This document shows, piece after piece, positions 38,145 through 64,000 of a DNA stretch of 64,000 nucleotides (position 1 is the first letter of the stretch; the number at the start of each line of letters is the position of its first letter). Made by a program: the position numbers and the translations under genes. Source of the stretch: Adineta vaga (lineage: Eukaryota > Animalia > Rotifera); assembly GCA_021613535.1 (NCBI GenBank), contig CP075497.1, positions 3,534,001 through 3,598,000 of the forward strand, written 5' to 3'. The notes under the pieces were generated by a model, which did not search any database, had not been told where the DNA came from, and worked only from the letters and a program-made list of their open reading frames with translations.

Positions 38145-39134
38145 TTTCCTTTTTGTTTCCATCTCTTCTTATTTAGCTCTTTTTTGATGTGATACTCTTG
38201 TCTCGATTGACCTATGTTCTCTCTCTTTTTCTGTTTGGCATGATTTTTAGTTCTACTACCTGGTTCATTTGTCTCTATCTCCTTTCTTCATATATGGAGC
38301 TGTTCTCAGATGTGTGTAGACAAAACAAAACAAAAAACTTATTTTCTAGGTGTGCTCGACGTGTACGTATATATTTCTTGTTGCGTACTTCGGATTTCTT
38401 CATATATATACACTCTGTTTTCTTTTTTCTCTCTCTCTCTTGATTCTGCGTTTTTTCTTCTGGTGTTTTCTTCTTCTGTCTTGTGTGCTGATCCATCAGT
38501 CGAGATTTTTTTGTCAACGCACGAAAAGATTTAACAAAAAAATAAAACAGTTATTAAAACTATTTCCTTTATCTTCTACATATTGAATGAATTCGTTATT
38601 TCAACATTAATAATTACAATGCACAAGAAGAAATCTAAAGAGGTAAACAGTTTCTTCGTGACATAGAAACGATCGTGCCATAAACAAATGTACTTTACCA
38701 ATCAGATCGAGCATGAATTTTTAAATACGTATTTTCAACAATGATCAGATATAGTTTTTCTTAACGTAAAATGTACAAAAAAGATTACCGTACATTTAAA
38801 TTATGATTCTTTGATTCGAAAAAAGAAAAGTTTTTCATTTGTAATTACAATATTAAATTTGTTTAAATTTACACATTGATATATGAAATTTGAGTCTTCA
38901 TAAGTACATTCATGAATAGTTGTTAACGACGAGAATATTTTCTACGATCATGTACTGCCATCTGGAAGAAAAAAAATAAATGACGCCGCTGCTTACCATT
39001 ACAAGAAATGGATTCTCTCATTTGTCCATTCATATTTCATGCAAAATAATAGAAGAAGAAGATTGAATATATATATATATATATCAATCAAATCAATTCT
39101 TATATAATCTTTTCTATCTCTTCGATTTATTATT

Positions 39135-40609
39135 ATGGTATTTCAAGATGAATTGACGATGATTGTTGAACCAATAAATTCAAATAAATTTTCTACATTA
39201 GAAATAAAATCTTCATCACCAATTCAACAATGTTTTCATCCTTCATGTTCACATTGTGATGTAAATTATCTAAAAACAATTACTTCTGAAATCAATCAAT
39301 TAACAAATGAAACGGATTTTTTCAAATCATCATTAACTAATTCTTCATCGATTCCATTTGAAACTCAACGTTTGAATTTCTATACAATAATTGATGAATG
39401 GAAATCGGATCGTATTGAACATATCGCATTTATTTATCAAAAGAAAAAGAATCAAATTGATTTGATTTGTTCTCAAATATCTCATGAATATGAAATCTAT
39501 CGAATTGAACAAAAAAATTTCTTAAATGAAAAACTTTCAAACAATTCAAAACTTTTCTATCCAACAGTAATTTCTAATGAAATCGACGAATTAAATCAAA
39601 AATTATCTCTCACTCGTCATTTACTCGATTATTTTATTCAACCAAAATTAAATCATTTGAAAACATTTTCAAATAAACAAGATCATCATGATGATGAATA
39701 TGTTAACTATGAAGATGTTTTTAAACAAAAACCAATTTATGAATATTCGTTATCTACAGATAATCTCGCTATGGCATCATCAAATTCTCATATTTTATTA
39801 CGTGATGGAGCATATTTATCTTTATATAATGAAAAAGAAAAACTTCATCAATTAGAAATCAAAGTTCAACATCCTGGAGATTTTATTCGTGATATATGTT
39901 GGTGTGAAACATTAGGATATTATCTTGTATTAACACAATATCTTCTATTTATTTACGATCCAGAAAATTATACATTGAAATTAATTGATAAAATCAAACC
40001 AGTTGAACGAAAGAAATTCTCTTCATTAACTTGTTCAGATAATATTATGTTTTTAGTTAATAAAAATGGAGAATGCATTGAACGATGGTCAATTGCTAAA
40101 AGTTTTAATTGGAAATTAATTAAACGTAAAAAGAATTTGAAGACAAAAAACTTTTCAAGAAAATTATTTTTCTTCTTTAGGTTGGCAAGCAGAAGAATTT
40201 TGTGGAGAAAATTTTCGATTAACAGCACGAATACGAGCCAATCATTTGATGTTAGGTTAGTTTGTAATAACAAAACATATGAATTATATCGATTCCTTTT
40301 TCTATCCTAGCGATTAATATATGTGATTTGAATTTTGGTTATCGTATTTGTTTATATGATTATCAAATGAGATTTCTTCGTCGAATCAATTCGGATTATA
40401 ATTTACATTTATTATCTTATATGAATGGAAATCAATGGATAGCAACGGATTACAAAGAACGTTTTTATATATTTAATGATGATGATGATAGTATTAAAAC
40501 AGTTATTGATTATAATGGTCAGGGAGATTTAATTCGAAATATTTGTCGATTAAATACGAATTATATTATTGTAAAAATGAAAAATCGTTTACAAATTTAT
40601 CAAATCTGA
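39135..40609 (+). CDS. Hypothetical protein (CxxxxCxxC, coiled coil, beta-propeller-like C-terminus), 3 exons
   Basis: Exons 39135-40125, 40181-40254 and 40311-40609 splice in frame; repeated beta-strand units (IRDICWC..YYLVLT, FSSLTCS, IRNICRL). Confidence 0.75.
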
Positions 40610-41469
40610 TTCGAAATCCGTGTGTTTAATAGAATTTTGATTTTGTTTTCTTTTGCAAATCTTTATCACGGTGTTGCTATTTTCATTTGTCTCCTTTACA
40701 ATATCCTTCATGTTTGTTTTCCGTTGTTACCTTTCGAAAAAAAAAGGAATTTTTCTCTTTTGGATAGAACAAATAAATGCGTGTGCTCGCTATGCAAGCG
40801 AAATAAACACTTCATGTCGATACATATACATACAAAAGAATTTGCAAGACTAATATTAATAACAACTGTTGGCAACAGTCAGTCACTACGTGAGTAGAGA
40901 CAAACAACAGCAGCAACAGTTTTTTTTCTCCATCTGATTGAGACTTGTCGACAAGTAAAAAGAAAGAAGAAGAGAAAAAAATTCGATTGATTCTACTATT
41001 CACCTGTAGTTCATACTCTTGAAAAAAAAGGAGAAAGAAAGAAGTTAATAAGAGACGAGAACAGTGAAAGAAATCGGTGTTGATGGAAACACAAACAGAA
41101 CTGGTCTTTATTCTCCTTTTTTTTCTCTTCTTTTAAACAACAAAATTCAACTTTGCAACTAAGCAATCAAGAAAGAGAGAAAGACAGAGACAGAGAAAAG
41201 GGAGTTTCGCACTTAAAATATTGAAAATTCAAATAGGTAGAAACAAAAGAAGTAACGAGACGTTTCGAGTTTGTTTCTGTGACTATTCTATTTGATGATA
41301 TAATCAACATTCGAATTCATTTAGTGCATACTTTCTTTTAGAATTCATATATATTCGATTTTCTCAGCATTGGATATCATCTATTGGTAACAGTAACGTT
41401 TATTTCATTTCAAAGTAATTTAATATCGAATAGATTATTAAAATGAATTGAAATTTTCTTTTTATACAG

Positions 41470-58860
<17,391 letters not shown>

Positions 58861-59231
58861 TCAACAAGAACGAATCGATATATTTTACTTTACTGTTTTG
58901 TTATCAAGCAAGCAATAGGGAGCTTTATTCACTTATGAAATAGTTTTGCTCCATCGTTTGTGTGTGTGTATTATATTTATATTTTTCTTGTGTTTAAAAA
59001 AATGAATAATAAAAAGCAAGGACTTTAATCATTAAAAGATATTTTAAATTCTACCGCAATTATAGGGCCTAATTGATTTTATTAGAAAAACAGAGTAAAA
59101 TAACCGAAACTATATGAAGAAAAAAATCATTTTGATAGGATAATTATAAATTAGTACGATTCAATTGATAATATAAATCACATTTTAATCAAGATTTAAA
59201 AAGGAAGGAATTTTTTTGTGTCTTTTATCAT

Positions 59232-62200
59232 TCATTTGTGCGAATGATCTTCATTCAATGTTGACATACGAACAAAATTACGTCGATCATTTCTCAATGG
59301 TCTTGCATTGACTGTTAACAAACTTTCATTATCCGAAGAATTGATGACATAATCATTCCTATAACCATATCGTCTTTGATCAATTGTACGATCACTAGTA
59401 CTTCGTTGTAATGGACGTTTTGTGTATGTATCTGAATAAATTCGACTAACTGGTTCTCTCCATTGAACTGTTGATCGATTAAATATTGTATTTTCTAAAG
59501 TTTCTCTTGCTTTATTTGTATATCCACCTGGTATTTCTTGAGTATCGAGTTCAAAATGTCGATGTAGGAGTGCTAGAAGTGCACGTTTATAACTTCCAAT
59601 TACTTGCAACTAAGAAAAAGAAATTTGAAGAAATAGAAAGAAAGATTTTTTTTGTTTCTTAAACAAACTAGAATACGATCATGAAGTTTATGTTTTGTAA
59701 TATTTTCATATTCATTTTTAATTTGTCCTATATCCACTTCACAACGAGAAACTATAATGCGATTTAAATCATCTTCTTTTGTTATAACATCCTAGACATA
59801 AGAGAAATGTATTAAGAAATTTTTCATTTATAAAAGTTTACTTGAAGACATTTTTCTAATTCATATGCAAAATATTTTGAACGATCACGAATTATTCGAA
59901 CTAAAAATCAGAAAATAAAAATAAAATATATCGAAAGAGATATTTTCTTTTATTAAAAATCCTACTGATTGATATAAGAGTATGATAAAGTTTTCCTTCG
60001 ATATTTTTTTCAATGGTTTCTTCAATATCCACATGACTATACTGTTGATAAGCAGTGAAGATATGTTTTAATTGTGTGTTGCTTTAAAGAATAAGAACAA
60101 AAAAGGTTTTAATCTATCGAAAATATGAATAGAAACCTTCGTGTACATAAAAGTCGAACTATTGTTGATCCATCAAGTCGCCATTTGGATTCTGTTTCGA
60201 ATAATTCTCGTGCATCTCGAATAATTTCTTGATCATTAACATTACTATCTTCTGAACGATTTGATTGAAGTATAGTCATAAATAATTGTTTAGAATGATC
60301 ATTTCGATCACTTCGAATATCTTCTTCAATTGTACTTTTGAATACTAAAATGAAAGGAAAACAATGCATAAGTGAAGTCATTGATTGATATTCATACGTT
60401 TCAAATAAGTATTTCGAACATTTTGAATATGTTTATTTGAACGATTAAACAGTATATCAATAAAAATATTTACATCAATTGTTCCTCGTTTACATGTACG
60501 CCGTAATTCAAAGCAATCATGTTCAACCATTGATAGTAATAATATTCTTAATAATTTACTTAAACTTCCATTAGTTATCTTCTCTATAGCATCGCCAAGA
60601 TTCTAAAATCGAACAAATCATTCAATGATAAACAAAATTCTTCTCTATTTTTAACAACCTGATTGAACATGTCTTTATATCTATCACGAATTAGTAAACG
60701 TTGTGCAAGAGTTCGATTACAGATTATTCGTATAATACCTAATTCATCAATAGGAGAATCATTCACTAATCTATGCAATATTCGACAATCTAAATAAACA
60801 GAAACAAACTCATTCATATTTATATCAATTTGATTTACAAACCGTGTTCAACAGAACTGTTTCTTGTTAAGTTTGCGTCCTATCAGAAAAGAAAAAACAA
60901 GATCAAGATTACTTCAATCAAAAGATAAATCGACATACAGTATCACTTCGTTTTATTGCTGGACGTTCCAAATATCGTGCAGGTGATATCGATCGGATAG
61001 GACGAAATGGTATTGGATCATTGGGATAACGGGATATGTCTTGTAACGACGACCGATACGATGATGTTTGTCTTGGAGAATTGATAGATGAAAAGGATAA
61101 GTCTCCTTCATGAAAAGTAATTCGTTTATGTGAATGTTTGGAATAACGATCTAATCGTTCACGATAATTTTCAATTTGTTGTTTAAGTGCTTTTCGAATG
61201 CGTAATATTTCATTAAGTTGTCTTTCACGTTCTTGAATGGATTGATTCAATTTTGTTAAATATCGTTCTCGTTCTGATAATCCATGTTGACCAGTTTTAT
61301 CCGAATTCATTCGTTGTTCTATATTGTTAATTTTCGAAGAAAGTTCATTGATATTTCCACGTACAATATTGATCTGTATATAAACATCTTTTCTTGCATT
61401 TTGATATTCTTCTAATGTAGCTTCGTGTTCTTTTGAAACTTTTGGTGTTGAACGAGTTATATCCATTTTATAACGATAGAATTCTAATTCAAAATTTCGA
61501 TGTAATTCTTCTCGACGAACTTCAATCTTCTTTTCATAATCATCACGTATACGTTGAAGTTCTTGTTTTAATTGATCTGAATAATAATTTGGTGGTTGAA
61601 AACCAGCTATTTGATAGATATCAATGGATTTACGAATATCATCAAGAGCTGTTATTTGAATATCTTGTTTAGTTATTTTTTCATCTTCTAAAATTTTCAA
61701 TTCAGTTTGTAAAGCTTGTCGAGCAAATCTTTCTTCGTCTAATTCATAACGTAAACGAATTTTTCGAGCATCTAACGCTTGATTTTTCAATAGATAAAAT
61801 TTACTTTCATCATCTAAATTTCGTATTCGACGTTGAATAAATTGACATTCAGCACTATTTTGTGCAATTTGACGTTCATAATCAAATATAACTTTACTAA
61901 TTTGATCTCGTTTTGATAATATTTGTTGATATTGTTTATCATTTGTCGATGTCTCCTTCAGTGCACTATTAAATTTCGTTTCTAATGCTGGTTTTGTTTG
62001 CGAAGTTTGATATTGCAATTTCTTGGCGTTTTCAATTTGATTTCGAAAGAGTTTTTCAATAATTGAAGAATTTTCATAACCTTGTTTTTCAAGCCATTCA
62101 ATTTGTAATTCTTGTGCACGATTATGTGTATCTAAATGGCAACATTTCAGTATTGTTGTACAAAGTATTTCAGTAAGCTTGGATAATTCACGATATTCAT

Positions 62201-62501
62201 CAATAATACGTTCACCATCAATACTATGCAATGATGGAATCGTTGCAAATCTTGAAGGTTGAATCAATGTAGCTAGACCAAGATCAGTTGTTGTAGTAGG
62301 CGGACGATTAGAACCAACTTTAGCCCATGCTATACCACGAAAAGGACCTTGAAACGTATCAGAAGGATTCGATACAATCACACGTGGTCGAATGTATTGT
62401 ATAACTGGTGAATCATATTTGGATGATGGCGATTTTGCTCGATGATATTCACTAGATTTATATTTCGTATCATCAAATTTTACAACACTGTTCGAAGGCA
62501 T
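59232..62501 (-). CDS. Intermediate-filament-rod / annexin fusion protein (9 exons)
   Basis: Exon 1 (62501-60939) encodes an IF-like rod; a 37-nt linker exon (60879-60843) follows; then four annexin repeats (DCRILHRL..DELGIIRIICNRT; DCFELRR; DARELF; IIVSRCEVD..GSYKRALLALL) and a tail of about 110 aa; all joins are GT-AG and in frame. Confidence 0.82.
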
Positions 62502-63242
62502 CTTTTTTTTGTCAAATAAACAGATTCGAAATTACAGTTACTCGACAATTTTCCCTTTTATCAAAAAATTGATAACGATAGACCGATCCTTTTTGTTTTA
62601 GTTTTAATGGTAAATGAAATACCGCAGATAAGTTTATTTTTATTTTAAATATTAAATTGTCTTTTCTTGCGTTTTTATTTGGTCTACTATCAACTCACTT
62701 TACTACGAAGATAATATTCTGTTTGACTTGTATTTGCAAACTTGAAAAGAAAAAAAGATATTTTGACGAGTAATGTTTCGGTGTTACTTAAGATTCTTCT
62801 ACGTTTTCTGATATTATCTACATTAAAGTATTGATAAAAATATTTATTCCGAAGTAAAGATATCATTTAACGTATAATCGATCATCTCAGATGAAGTTCT
62901 TGATATTTAAGGACATCGTACAATAATCTGTTGTCATCAAATAGCAACAGACATAGTTGATAACCTTCAATAGATCTTTCCATAACATTTTGTAGAAAAC
63001 TGCATGATCTTAGGGATTCTTTGACATTCTGATTCTCATTTTGTTCACTTGATAAAAAATTTTGAAAATAAATAGCTCGAATAAGAAAAATGAAGTGTTA
63101 ACAAAACAAAATTCCTTTCGAGTTAATAAAGAAAAAAAAATTGCCTACAAAAAACAGAACAAAGAAACTGTTTCTAGTACTACTAGAAAAACACACACAC
63201 GCACACGCATTCAAGCTGAGATAAGGCATATTTTGTAGAAGA

Positions 63243-64000
63243 TCAATTAGATATATCGTCAAAAAAACGACATTGAGGTAACGAATCAATGCTGAGAAAT
63301 TGTTTAGCTAGAAAACATTACGATCAGAAATATTATCACCAATGAAAATATCTTACATTTCGGTAGTTGTTTTGCTGCAATATGTAATTTTTCTACAAAA
63401 TTTGGAATACCTAAACAAAAGTAAACAATAAAATTCCTGATTTATCTACGAAGAACAAATGTAATATTACCACTCTGTGCTAAATATGAATAAGTCGATG
63501 TCGGCATGGAAGCTTTAGCATCTTCATGATATGTTAATAAAAATTTTATTCCTTTCTAGAAGAAAACAAGAAAAAAAAGAAATGAAATAGTAAAAACATA
63601 ATCTTGTCTGTTCCTACTTCATCAAGTTTGGTTTTTGATTGAATTATCATTGATGATTCATATTTATTCACTCGAACACATTTTTTATCATCATGAACAT
63701 TCGGATGATTAATTGAATGACATTTAATAACAATTTTTGGTGGAATATTCGTTGATGTATCGAAACAATAACGTCGAACATAGAGATAATCACGATGATT
63801 AAATGGAAATGGAAATTTTTGTATCCAATGAACAATATCACTTTGAGTACTTTCATTCGCATCAACTACCGATAATCTTAATGCATGATCATCCCAATTC
63901 ATTCGATAATCAAGATCAAGCTATTCATAGAAATGAAAAACAAATGATTCATTTCAAGAAATTTTACTTACTTGTACTTGAAAAAATACTAATGCAGATA
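63243..64000 (-). CDS. STARD7: START-domain lipid transfer protein, STARD7/PCTP-like (3' part only; 5' end outside the window)
   Basis: LDLDYRMNWD..IVHWIQKFPFPFNHRDYLYVRR, FLLTYHED, SGIPNFVEKLHIAA; predicted stop TGA at 63245-63243. Confidence 0.8.

Noticed and set aside
38951-38968. CTCF-like motif (CCAGATGGCAGTA on the minus strand)
   Set aside because: A single partial match that cannot be distinguished from chance.

Overview
AT-rich, intron-dense eukaryotic (metazoan) DNA. Most introns are about 50-65 nt GT-AG and genes are tightly packed, which suggests a bdelloid-rotifer-like genome (inferred from style and gene content, not proven). I spliced 13 protein-coding genes by hand: atypical soluble guanylate cyclase (+), VPS45 (+), an orphan single-pass membrane protein with an array of variable 5' exons (+), RNF11-like (-), Rab5 (+), CNOT10 (-), ZRSR2 (-), PICALM/AP180 (+), CHD1/2 (+), an orphan coiled-coil/propeller-like protein (+), outer-arm dynein DNAH5/8 (+), an intermediate-filament-rod/annexin fusion (-), and a 5'-truncated STARD7-like gene (-). 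I saw no rRNA, tRNA, CRISPR array or recognisable transposon. Most notable observations: (1) the IF rod-annexin chimera; (2) five alternative phase-1 N-terminal modules feeding one TM plus FFAT/LIR-like tail; (3) a U12-type AT-AG intron overlapping a U2 intron in the minor-spliceosome factor ZRSR2; (4) ZRSR2 and CNOT10 only 59 nt apart with an orphan acceptor, an operon/trans-splicing candidate; (5) in-frame microexon or cassette candidates in the long PICALM introns; (6) a single 1-nt frameshift in the otherwise intact dynein gene. All homology calls come from recalled motifs, not database searches.
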